Assembly: GCA_965205015.1 (NCBI GenBank) | Contig: OZ242029.1 | Span: 3,520,001 to 3,584,000, forward strand | Length of the DNA stretch: 64,000 nucleotides | Direction of reading: 5' to 3' | Source of the DNA: Candidatus Poribacteria bacterium | Lineage (GTDB): Bacteria; Poribacteria; WGA-4E; WGA-3G | Part shown: piece after piece, positions 18,264 to 27,887 of the stretch | Layout: each line of letters begins with the position of its first letter | Numbering within the stretch: position 1 is the first letter of the stretch | The notes under the pieces: generated by a model | What the model saw: only the letters and a program-made list of their open reading frames with translations | Told to the model about the DNA's origin: nothing | Databases searched by the model: none | Position numbers and translations under genes: made by a program

Positions 18264-21200
18264 TAGTTAGATACACATATCCTAATGCAAGAAAACACGT
18301 GACGTTTATACTGCTCTTGACATGGCTTTTTACTGTTTGGACAGTAAATGCGCAGGAGTTGAACAGCACCCAAATCATTGAAGAGGCGATCCGACACCAG
18401 AATTTAGGGTTAGCATATCTCGAAGAATCGCAGCCCTCGAAGGCGGTCGAGGCGTTTACAGCACTTATTGAACTGCTTCCCGATGAAGCTATCGGTTACG
18501 GAAACCTCGCTGTCGCACATCTGCGTCTACAGCAGGCAGATGCCGCTGAAGCGTCGGTTAAACGCGGGATCGCTGTCGCACCGATGGACAGTCAATTACA
18601 TTTTATCTTGTCCGAGGTCTATCAACTCCAAGGACAGAGCGAGTTAGCCGTGGAGGCGATGAAGGAAGCCGTGCGGTTGGCACCCGATGAATTGGAGTTT
18701 CGTTATAAACTGGTTCGTCACTACCTTGCACAGCGTAACGATCCAGAGGCACAGCAGGAAATGGTGCGTCATTTACAAGAACTCCATATCCGTTCGCCGG
18801 TGAATGTCGTTGTGCTGTTGAAATTGACGCAAGGACTTTTGGCGCAGGAGAAACTCGCAGCGGCAGAAACTCTTTGTCAAGAATTGATGCTTCTGTTGGG
18901 GGATACCGATCCAGAAAAGCTGAAATATCTCACGCAAGGGATAACCGCGATACAACAAGACGACCTAAAAATTGCTATACGAAACATGCGCATTTTTGAG
19001 AATGTGCAACGCGCGAGTCCGCGTTATCAGCAAGGCATAGGCGAATTGGTAACCAACATCCTTGGACATCCGATAGAAACCTTTAGTCCAGGATTCAAGG
19101 CTCGGATTACAGTCAAACATGGCGCATCGATTACAGTGGATTTTGTGGATGTTACCGAACAACTTGGACTCAGGAACATCGAAGGGGTGCCTTTGCGTTT
19201 CGCAGATGTTTCACTGATTGACTACGATGGTGATGGCGATTTGGATCTCTATACAACACTCACAGGGATGCTCTTTCAAAATACGGGGGAGAAGTTTATC
19301 GCTGTCCGACAGGTCCAAGAGATACTGGAACAGCAGGCTTTACAGCCGCACACCGCCGTGTTGGTAGATCTGGATAAAGATGGGATACAAGAATTTTTAC
19401 TGCAAACCCGCGAAGGAATAACGTCCCTCCAAATGGATGCAGACGGGACCTGGGGAACATCGCCGCTTGTTCAACGTCAGAAGGCGGTATACGAAACAGG
19501 TTTGCTGCTGCCTGTTGATTTTGACCATGATGGTGACCTCGATCTTTTTTCCGCACGAACCAATCTCACGATGTATCGGAATAACGGCATTGTCGATGCT
19601 AAGGGCAATATAACGTTCACCGATGTGAGTGAGCAGACCTTTGTAGGAACTGAGGCAGGCAATGCCTTTGCCGCGCGAGGTGCTCCTATTGAAGCATTCT
19701 CTGCCGATTTTGATGACGACGGGGATATAGATATTTTTGTGACACATGAAGAAATGGGATGCACGCTTTACGATAACCTTCGCCAAGGCAGGCTCCGAGC
19801 GATTTCGAGTGAGACAGGAATCCCGCAGGATGTACGTTATACTGCAGCTGCCGCTGGTGATTACGACAACGATGGCGACTTTGATCTCTTTTTGGCGACA
19901 GCAGATCGCCTCCATCTCTATCGTAATAGAGGGGATGCGAGTTTTGTCGACGCGCCGAATTTAGAGGCAAGTGCCCTTGACTTGCCGGTTGCTCTATTGA
20001 AAAATGTGGATTACGATAACGATGGGCGTGTTGATGTCTGGGTGAGTGGGCGAGACGGGATGTTCCTATTTCGCAACGGTGGCGGTGGCGCATTTAATGA
20101 ACCCTACCCGTTGATAGGATCGATCACCCCCACGGAGGGAGCACTTCTCCAAGACGCAAAGGCTGGGACTGTCGGCGATTATGACAACGACGGCGATCTT
20201 GATCTCTTTTTCATCAATACCGAAGGACAACTGCGCGCATTGCAAAACGACGGCGGGAATCAAAACAATTGGATACAGGTGCGCTTGGAAGGTATCACTG
20301 CCGGAAATAACAAAGTTAATAGAGACGGCATCGGCTCGAAACTGGAAGTGAAGGTCGGGGATCTGTATCAGCTACAATATGTAACAGAACAGGTATCCCA
20401 TTTTGGATTGGGAGGATTTGACACCGCAGATGTCATTCGCGTCGTCTGGACGAATGGCGTGCCGCAGAACGTTGTAACCCCGCAGGCGAAGCAGCGAATT
20501 TTGGAAAAACAGATCCTAAAGGGGTCTTGTCCGTTTCTGTATGTTTACGACGGTGAACACTATCAATTCATCACAGATCTGCTCTGGCGCGCACCCTTGG
20601 GACTCGTTACGTCGATGGGATTCGTCGCACCCGATGAAACAAAGGATTTTGTGAAGATATCGGGAACGCAAATGCAACCGAAGTCCGGCAAATATTCTAT
20701 TCAGATTACGGAGGAATTATGGGAGACTGCCTATTTTGATGAGGTTAAACTAATAGCGGTCGATCACCCCGTAGGGACTGATATTTTCGTAAATGAGCAG
20801 TATACACCGCCACCCTTTGCAGCGTTCAAAATCTATGGTGTCGCAGAGAAACGGTTCCCAAAATCTGCGGTTGACCATCACGGTAAAGATGTGTCCGATG
20901 CTTTAAAGGCGTTTGATTACGGCTACGCCGTTGAACATGCCCCTGGTGCCTATCAAGGCGTTGTTGAACCGCATGCCATTGTCCTCGATCTCGGTGATGT
21001 TCCAAACGATACACCGCTGACACTCTTCCTCGGTGGGTGGATCTTTCCGACGGATACCAGTATCAATGTCGCCCTGTTCCAAAATCCTGCAATCAATCCC
21101 AGTTTTCCATCGGTCGCTGTGAAGGATAAGGCTGGAGAATGGAAAACCGTAATCGATATGATTGGACTTCCTGCGGGGAAAAACAAGACGATCACTGTTG

Positions 21201-21811
21201 ACCTGACGGGTAAATTTCTATCAGAGGATCGGCGCGTGCGGATTGAAACCGATATGCAGATTTACTGGGACACGGCGTTTTTCACTGTCGGCACACAGAC
21301 GGTCCCGATGGAAGTAACAACCTTGAACCCGGATAGCGCGGATTTACACTACCGCGGCTTTTCTGAGATGTATCGTCCGAACCCACATGCCCCGCACCTG
21401 TTTGATTACCAAAAGGTTACAAAGGCAGCACAGTGGCGAGACTTGGCAGGATTTTACACCCGTTACGGTGATGTCGCTCCGTTGTTGCAGGAGGTTGACG
21501 ATATGTACGTTATTCTCAATGCTGGGGACGAAATCACAGTGGAATTTGAAGCGTCGCGCTTACCAACATTAAAAGCGGGTTGGGTGCGTGATTTTATTCT
21601 TTATAGCGATGGATGGGATAAAGATGGCGACATCAACACGCTCACATCACAAACGGTTGAACCGCTCCCGTTTCACGGGATGTCTGCCTATCCCTATCCT
21701 GAAACTGAGCATTATCCAGATGACGAGGCACATCGGCAGTATCGGCTTGAATACAACACACGACGCGTCGAACACCGTTTACCGCCATTACCGACAAGGA
21801 TAAAACCATGA
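18260..21811 (+). CDS. Secreted TPR + FG-GAP repeat + ASPIC/UnbV (CRTAC1-like) protein
   Basis: Signal peptide, N-terminal TPRs, many DYDNDGDLDL repeats, GSCPFLY, DGWDKDGD C-terminal domain. Confidence 0.88.
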   Translation: MIVRYTYPNARKHVTFILLLTWLFTVWTVNAQELNSTQIIEEAIRHQNLGLAYLEESQPSKAVEAFTALIELLPDEAIGYGNLAVAHLRLQQADAAEASVKRGIAVAPMDSQLHFILSEVYQLQGQSELAVEAMKEAVRLAPDELEFRYKLVRHYLAQRNDPEAQQEMVRHLQELHIRSPVNVVVLLKLTQGLLAQEKLAAAETLCQELMLLLGDTDPEKLKYLTQGITAIQQDDLKIAIRNMRIFENVQRASPRYQQGIGELVTNILGHPIETFSPGFKARITVKHGASITVDFVDVTEQLGLRNIEGVPLRFADVSLIDYDGDGDLDLYTTLTGMLFQNTGEKFIAVRQVQEILEQQALQPHTAVLVDLDKDGIQEFLLQTREGITSLQMDADGTWGTSPLVQRQKAVYETGLLLPVDFDHDGDLDLFSARTNLTMYRNNGIVDAKGNITFTDVSEQTFVGTEAGNAFAARGAPIEAFSADFDDDGDIDIFVTHEEMGCTLYDNLRQGRLRAISSETGIPQDVRYTAAAAGDYDNDGDFDLFLATADRLHLYRNRGDASFVDAPNLEASALDLPVALLKNVDYDNDGRVDVWVSGRDGMFLFRNGGGGAFNEPYPLIGSITPTEGALLQDAKAGTVGDYDNDGDLDLFFINTEGQLRALQNDGGNQNNWIQVRLEGITAGNNKVNRDGIGSKLEVKVGDLYQLQYVTEQVSHFGLGGFDTADVIRVVWTNGVPQNVVTPQAKQRILEKQILKGSCPFLYVYDGEHYQFITDLLWRAPLGLVTSMGFVAPDETKDFVKISGTQMQPKSGKYSIQITEELWETAYFDEVKLIAVDHPVGTDIFVNEQYTPPPFAAFKIYGVAEKRFPKSAVDHHGKDVSDALKAFDYGYAVEHAPGAYQGVVEPHAIVLDLGDVPNDTPLTLFLGGWIFPTDTSINVALFQNPAINPSFPSVAVKDKAGEWKTVIDMIGLPAGKNKTITVDLTGKFLSEDRRVRIETDMQIYWDTAFFTVGTQTVPMEVTTLNPDSADLHYRGFSEMYRPNPHAPHLFDYQKVTKAAQWRDLAGFYTRYGDVAPLLQEVDDMYVILNAGDEITVEFEASRLPTLKAGWVRDFILYSDGWDKDGDINTLTSQTVEPLPFHGMSAYPYPETEHYPDDEAHRQYRLEYNTRRVEHRLPPLPTRIKP

Positions 21812-21819
21812 ATTGGTAA

Positions 21820-23019
21820 TCAGGACTCTGACTGCCGTGATGCGTGTGCGATTTCATTCCTCACTTGGCGTAACGGGATATACAGACAGAGCGTCGCAAT
21901 GATCAAGATGCCCGCCAGCACTACGTAAGGATACGCCTCTTTCGCATAGAGCCACCCGCCGAGCAGTGGTCCCAAAATGCGTCCTAAACTTAAAAAAGCA
22001 TCCATAATACCGATAGCTGCCCCTTGACCAATCTGGGTCTGCTTGGAAATCCACGATGTATTCGTCGGACGGATCAACTGATTACCGATACCGGCGATAG
22101 TGAGATACAAAGTAAGCGATGCGAAGGAGTAAGCCGCGAGCAGTAACACTATGCCGAGCGCGTTGAGCAGCAACCCGGTAAGAATAATCCGCCGCTCCCC
22201 AAACTTATTAATTAATTTTCCAAGCAATCCACCCTGCAATGGCACAACAATCGCGCCCATGACCATAAACATCCACCCCATCTCCCGTTCTCCATAGTCC
22301 CAACCCGCTTCGATGAACAGCGGAAAAGTCATCTCCAATCCTGCGAAACTGAAGGTTGAGAAAAACGCCACAAGAAAAAGGGGTGTAAGCGGCGATCTCA
22401 GAGTCGTCTGGCGAAAGATTTCACGCGGAGAGACCCATTCATGGCGATCTTCGAATTCCTCACTGGTGAGACCTTTCTGAAGCGATTCTGGAAGTAAAAC
22501 AAATGCAAAGAGAAATGTAAGTAGCGATAAACCACCGGCGACAAAGAACGGCATATCGTGCCTGCCCATGATGCCGCCAATCGCGGGTCCGAGAATGAAA
22601 CCGAGCCCCATCGCTGCGCCCATTAACCCCATGCCTCTGCCGCGCTCCTCTGCTGTGGTAACGTCGGCAACATAAGCCATCACACTCGGCAGCACCGCCG
22701 CTGAAGCGATACCCGCTGCACTACGAGCGATGAGAAGCCACACATAAGCCTTTGCCAATCCGAAGCCGACTAAGGCGGCAGCGTTCCCAAGCAGTCCGAG
22801 CAGAATCAAAGGTTTTCTGCCGTGTTTGTCCGATAATCTACCCCAGAGTGGTGCAAACAGTAGTTGCATCCCGGAATAGATAGACATTAATATAGCGATT
22901 TCAGTGGTGGTTGCCCCCATATCTTTGGCGTAATAAGCGAGGTTCGGAATGATGATGCCAAACCCGAGCATCACGAAGAATAGGGTTAAGAACAGGAATA
23001 GCAGTCTTGATTTTTGCAT
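21820..23019 (-). CDS. MFS transporter (TetA/DHA1-like)
   Basis: WGRLSDKHGRKP motif A, GFILGPAIGG motif C, many hydrophobic segments. Confidence 0.9.
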   Translation of the reverse strand: MQKSRLLFLFLTLFFVMLGFGIIIPNLAYYAKDMGATTTEIAILMSIYSGMQLLFAPLWGRLSDKHGRKPLILLGLLGNAAALVGFGLAKAYVWLLIARSAAGIASAAVLPSVMAYVADVTTAEERGRGMGLMGAAMGLGFILGPAIGGIMGRHDMPFFVAGGLSLLTFLFAFVLLPESLQKGLTSEEFEDRHEWVSPREIFRQTTLRSPLTPLFLVAFFSTFSFAGLEMTFPLFIEAGWDYGEREMGWMFMVMGAIVVPLQGGLLGKLINKFGERRIILTGLLLNALGIVLLLAAYSFASLTLYLTIAGIGNQLIRPTNTSWISKQTQIGQGAAIGIMDAFLSLGRILGPLLGGWLYAKEAYPYVVLAGILIIATLCLYIPLRQVRNEIAHASRQSES

Positions 23020-23394
23020 CTAAGATGAACGCGAGAATCCGCGAGGATGAGTCCATACCTTTTCCGCTCCAGTGGATTACATACTATCGGCAAGATCCGG
23101 GAGCAATTCTATAAACATAATATCGTCTATTATAACAGGTTTGCGGAAAGCGTATCAATATAAAAAAGAGAAGTATTCAGTTATCCGTTTGAAATTTACG
23201 CCCAAACCTTTGGCTGGTGAGGTTTGCAAACTCGCCCCGTTAAAGGGAAGATTTTTCTGTCGAAAAGTAAAAATTGAAGGCACATCGGTCCGAAAATTTA
23301 TTATGGCAATTTTGGTCCGTTTTTGGTATTATAAAATTGGTTTCATAGTTCTTAATACACACAAAAATTAAACTTATTAAACACTGGAGGAAAC

Positions 23395-26300
23395 ATGGCA
23401 ACCGAATTTGTTCATCTACATAACCATAGCGAATATAGCATGTTAGATGGCGCGTGCCGCATTGAAGACATGGTCAATTGGGCAGTCGAAAATGGCGCAC
23501 CTGCTGTCGCACTTACGGATCATGGCAACATGTTCGGGGCATGGGAATTATACAGTAAAGCGACAAAGGCGGGGGTCAACCCAATCGTCGGTTGTGAAGT
23601 GTATGTCGCACCCGGCAGCCGAAGAGAAAAGAAGAAGGGACAAGGGGGACCTTATCACCTCACGCTGCTTGCAGAGGATGCAACCGGTTACCAGAATCTC
23701 CTAAAATTAGTATCGCTCGGATATACAGAGGGGTTCTACAGTAGACCCCGTGTTGACATGGAAATCTTGCGTGAATACCATGCTGGGATTATCGCGTTGA
23801 CGGGATGCATCCAAGGACAGGTGCCACAACTTCTCTGTTCAAATCGGCGAGAAGAAGGGATCCAAAACTTCAAAACGCTCATGGAGATAATGGGGAAAGA
23901 TAACCTCTATGTTGAGATACAGAATCACTATATCGACAAGGAACTTGAAGCATATCCAGTGATGGTTCAGTTGGCGAAAGAGTTCAATCTCCCGCTCGTT
24001 GCCACAAATGATTGCCACTACCTCCGCAAATCCGACCACGAAATGCACAATGTGCTCCTTTGTATACAGACGAAAAAGACTGTCAACGATCAGAACCGGC
24101 TGCGGTTCGATAACCATTTCTATTTTAAAAGTGTTGATGAAATGCGGGAGGTGCTCAAGGACTACCCGCCTGAAGCCATCAGCAACACACTTGAAATCGC
24201 GAACCGGTGTAACCTTAAACTCGATTATGATGAGAGTGTAATGCCGAGGTATGAAGTACCCGAGGGGCATACAAATGACAGTTACCTCAAAGAGTTGTGT
24301 TACCAAAGCTTAAAAGAAAAATATGGCGGTCAGCTCTCTGAGCCAATTCGACGGCGCCTGGATTACGAGCTGGATATTATTAGCAAAACCGACTACTCCG
24401 GGTATTTCCTCATCGTGTGGGATTACGTTAAATACGCCCACAAACAGGGTTATCCACTTTCCGCCCGTGGCTCTGCCGCGAGTAGCCTCGTGCTTTACGC
24501 CCTTAATGTAATTACCTTCAATCCAATGGATTACGACTGCCTCTTTGAGCGGTTTCTAAACCTTGAACGTATCAGCCCCCCGGATATTGATATTGACTTC
24601 GCCGACCGTGCTCGTGAGCATGTTATTAATTATCTCAGAGAAAAATACGGTGAAGATTCTGTCGGCAAAGTCGCCACCTTTGCAACATTGGGCGCCAAAG
24701 CCGCGATTAAAGATGTCGGTCGGGCCCTTGAAGTCCCTCTCGAAGATGTCGCAAAGTTGACGGAGCTGATCCCAACTATCCCTGGAATAACACTTGATGA
24801 AGCCTTGGAACAGGTGCCGGAATTTCAGGCACTCGCGGAACGTCCCGAAAATAAAGAGTTGATGGATCTCAGCAGATCCGTCGAAGGCATGAAACGGCAC
24901 GTCTCTTGTCACGCCTCCGCAATCGTTGTCTCAAACGGTCCGTTAACGAACTTCGCCCCGCTCTTCAAGGATAAACATGACCAGGTTGCGACGCAGTTTG
25001 AAGGGAAAACGGTTGAAGATGTCGGTATCGTTAAATTCGATTCACTGGGGCTACGGAGCCTTACCGAGATATACGATTGCCTTCAGATGGTTAAGGCGAA
25101 CCACGGCAAGGATATCAAGTTAGAGGATATTCCCTTTGATGATGAAAAAACCTATTCACTTATTAGTAGAGGCTTAATTGCTGGCTTGTTTCAACTTGAA
25201 ACCTCCTCTGGCATGTATCGGGTTGTTACACAGATGAAGCCGGATAACTTTGAGCAGTTCTCTACGATTCCGGCACTTTACCGACCGGGTCCCCTTGAAA
25301 GCGGGACGATGCAGGACTTCATTGATCGAAAAAACCGGTTGAAGCCGGTGCAATATATCCATCCATCCCTTGAAAGCGCGCTCCAAAACACTTACGGGGT
25401 TTGCGTCTATCAGGAACAGGTCATGCAAATCGCACGCGACATGGCGGGTTTTACGCTTGGCGAAGCAGATATACTCCGCTCCGCTATGGGAAAGAAGGAC
25501 GCGGCACTGCTCCAAGCGCAACGTGATAAATTTATTGAAGGCGCAGTCGAGAACGGTATCACGCAGCAGGAGGCAGAGAACGTATTTACACAGTTGGAGC
25601 CTTTTGCTGGCTATGCCTTCAACAAGTCGCACACCGTTGCGTATTCGATGTTAGCATATCGCATGGCATATCTGAAAGCGCACTATCCACACGAATTTAT
25701 GGCGGCAATGATGACGGGAGAGGCAGCCGATTCATCGAAGGTTACCCGATACCGCACCGAATGTAAGAAACTTGCTGAATTTTTGGAAATAAAGATCAAT
25801 CTGTTACCCCCCGATGTCAATAGCAGTAGAAGGGAATTCACCGTAGAGGGCGAGGATATTTGCTTCGGACTTGTTGCCGTAAAAGGCGTCGGTGATGGGG
25901 CGATAGATGCAATCGTGCAAGAACGGGAACAAAAGGGTTCATTCACATCGTTACAGAATTTCTGTGAGCGTGTGGATACAAAACAGGTGAATAAGCGGGC
26001 TGTTGAAAGCTTAATTTTTAGCGGCGCGTTTGACTCACTTGAAGGACACCGAGCGCAACATATTGACAACTTAGACAATATTATGAGAGTCGCACAAAAC
26101 GCTCAGGCAGAACGGGACCGTGGGCAGATGAGTCTCTTTGGCGACGGAGAGGAAGCACCAACAGCAACCGTAACGCTAACCGATGCTCCGACATATGATC
26201 CATTGGAACGGCTTATGCGGGAAAAGGAACAACTCGGTTTCTATGTTTCGGGACACCCGCTTGAGGAATATAATGACATCATTGAAAACTACACCAGCGC

Positions 26301-26925
26301 CAGCACTCAAACGCTCGTTGAACATCGTATTGATTCCGAAGTCGATGTGGCGGGAATGATAACGGACGTTAAAAATATCACCACCAAAAAAGGGGATCCT
26401 ATGGCGGTGATCGGACTCGAGGATTTGGAGGGCGCGATAGAGGTTGTTATTTTCCCAGAGGCATACAAAACAGCGGGAAATCTCGTTGAAGGCAGGGTCG
26501 TTTGGATTCGGGGGAAGGTCAATATCAACCAGAATAGTAGAAAGCGGAGGTCCGAGAATGGCGACACCGAGCAGGAAGAACGCCAGATACAGGCAGATCG
26601 GCTCATAGATATTGAGTCTGTCAGCGAGCAACAGACCTCTGCACTTGAGGTGACGATTCCAGAGTCTGACGTTGAGAATGTCGAAAAGCTGGAAAGACTT
26701 CAAAAAATTGCCCAGGCGAATAAGGGGGATTTGGATCTGATTCTACGTCTCATGAGTCCTCGCTACGGTGAAGTTATCGCTCGGTGTGCTCAAAAGTATA
26801 GTGTGGCGTACGAACCGCAGGTTATTGAACAGATAGAGGGATTGTTCGGTGAAGATTGTGCCAAACCCAGCAACCGAACGATACGCGGGAATAAAAGTCG
26901 CACCTCACACATGGATTATGTGTAA
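23395..26925 (+). CDS. dnaE: DNA polymerase III alpha subunit
   Basis: PHP domain HLHNHSEYSMLDG, PDIDIDF, YAFNKSH, OB fold. Confidence 0.97.
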   Translation: MATEFVHLHNHSEYSMLDGACRIEDMVNWAVENGAPAVALTDHGNMFGAWELYSKATKAGVNPIVGCEVYVAPGSRREKKKGQGGPYHLTLLAEDATGYQNLLKLVSLGYTEGFYSRPRVDMEILREYHAGIIALTGCIQGQVPQLLCSNRREEGIQNFKTLMEIMGKDNLYVEIQNHYIDKELEAYPVMVQLAKEFNLPLVATNDCHYLRKSDHEMHNVLLCIQTKKTVNDQNRLRFDNHFYFKSVDEMREVLKDYPPEAISNTLEIANRCNLKLDYDESVMPRYEVPEGHTNDSYLKELCYQSLKEKYGGQLSEPIRRRLDYELDIISKTDYSGYFLIVWDYVKYAHKQGYPLSARGSAASSLVLYALNVITFNPMDYDCLFERFLNLERISPPDIDIDFADRAREHVINYLREKYGEDSVGKVATFATLGAKAAIKDVGRALEVPLEDVAKLTELIPTIPGITLDEALEQVPEFQALAERPENKELMDLSRSVEGMKRHVSCHASAIVVSNGPLTNFAPLFKDKHDQVATQFEGKTVEDVGIVKFDSLGLRSLTEIYDCLQMVKANHGKDIKLEDIPFDDEKTYSLISRGLIAGLFQLETSSGMYRVVTQMKPDNFEQFSTIPALYRPGPLESGTMQDFIDRKNRLKPVQYIHPSLESALQNTYGVCVYQEQVMQIARDMAGFTLGEADILRSAMGKKDAALLQAQRDKFIEGAVENGITQQEAENVFTQLEPFAGYAFNKSHTVAYSMLAYRMAYLKAHYPHEFMAAMMTGEAADSSKVTRYRTECKKLAEFLEIKINLLPPDVNSSRREFTVEGEDICFGLVAVKGVGDGAIDAIVQEREQKGSFTSLQNFCERVDTKQVNKRAVESLIFSGAFDSLEGHRAQHIDNLDNIMRVAQNAQAERDRGQMSLFGDGEEAPTATVTLTDAPTYDPLERLMREKEQLGFYVSGHPLEEYNDIIENYTSASTQTLVEHRIDSEVDVAGMITDVKNITTKKGDPMAVIGLEDLEGAIEVVIFPEAYKTAGNLVEGRVVWIRGKVNINQNSRKRRSENGDTEQEERQIQADRLIDIESVSEQQTSALEVTIPESDVENVEKLERLQKIAQANKGDLDLILRLMSPRYGEVIARCAQKYSVAYEPQVIEQIEGLFGEDCAKPSNRTIRGNKSRTSHMDYV

Positions 26926-26987
26926 TCCGCAGAAATCGCGCCTCGCCGGCGCGACTGCCAAATTGCGTAGGAGGAGATTTGCTCATT

Positions 26988-27809
26988 ATGCAGTACCGTA
27001 CACTCGGTAAAACAGGACTCAGCGTCTCAGAGATTGGGTATGGTGGGGGTAGGGTTCGTCCGGAGCACGATGAAACATCGCTTGTCAATATGCTACATTA
27101 CGCGATGGATGCTGGACTTAACTATCTGGATACTGCCCCCGACTATGGCGGTGGCTATAGCGAAACCGTTATCGGTAAAGCGATCGCTGGACGACGGGAG
27201 TCATGTATTATCGCAACTAAGACGGAAGCCTATGATCCTGATGGCATTGCCAATGACGTAGAGGGGAGCCTCCAACGCCTTGGGACCGATTATATTGATG
27301 TCCTGCAATTCCACGGTGGATGGTTCTATGCGGACGATACGGAACTCATTCTGAACGGTGGTGGGTTGGCGGCGTATCTCAAGCTAAAAGAGGAAGGGAA
27401 GGTTCGATTTATCGGATTTTCGGCAGACGGTCCTTCCGGTGGCACGGAGCAGTTGATTGCCACTGGCGAGTTTGACATGATGCAAATCCATTACAATCTA
27501 ATGTATCAAAGCACCTGTGATGCCTTCGGCAGGCGCGGGGTCATTCCTGATGCCGTTGCACAGGAGATGGGTATTGTATTGATGCGCTCTACCACCAGCA
27601 ATGCGTTCCAGAATCTCATGAAAAATTGTTTTCCGAATGAGATGGCGAATGTTGATGTAGATAGTTTCCTACTCAACTATTCTATTTCAAATCCGATGGT
27701 GAACGTCGCACTCATGAGCCTGCAGAGTATTGACGATGTGGATTGGACAAACGCGGTTTCTGACAACGTTGATGGGCGCTTGGATCTACGAGCGGTTCAT
27801 GGGCGGTAG
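26988..27809 (+). CDS. Aldo/keto reductase
   Basis: MQYRTLGKTG, DTAPDYG, SLQRLGTDYID. Confidence 0.88.
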   Translation: MQYRTLGKTGLSVSEIGYGGGRVRPEHDETSLVNMLHYAMDAGLNYLDTAPDYGGGYSETVIGKAIAGRRESCIIATKTEAYDPDGIANDVEGSLQRLGTDYIDVLQFHGGWFYADDTELILNGGGLAAYLKLKEEGKVRFIGFSADGPSGGTEQLIATGEFDMMQIHYNLMYQSTCDAFGRRGVIPDAVAQEMGIVLMRSTTSNAFQNLMKNCFPNEMANVDVDSFLLNYSISNPMVNVALMSLQSIDDVDWTNAVSDNVDGRLDLRAVHGR

Positions 27810-27887
27810 TTGAATTTTTCCACTGGTAGGTGCGATTTCATAAAAATTAATTTATTAATTCGGTAATTCCCTACGCTTCAAATCTCC

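Noticed and set aside
23077-23118. Leader peptide (MFIELLPDLADSM) upstream of the MFS gene
   Set aside because: No RBS or attenuator evident; could be chance.
23395-26925. Intein in dnaE
   Set aside because: Length is normal and no intein splice motifs or large insertion were seen.
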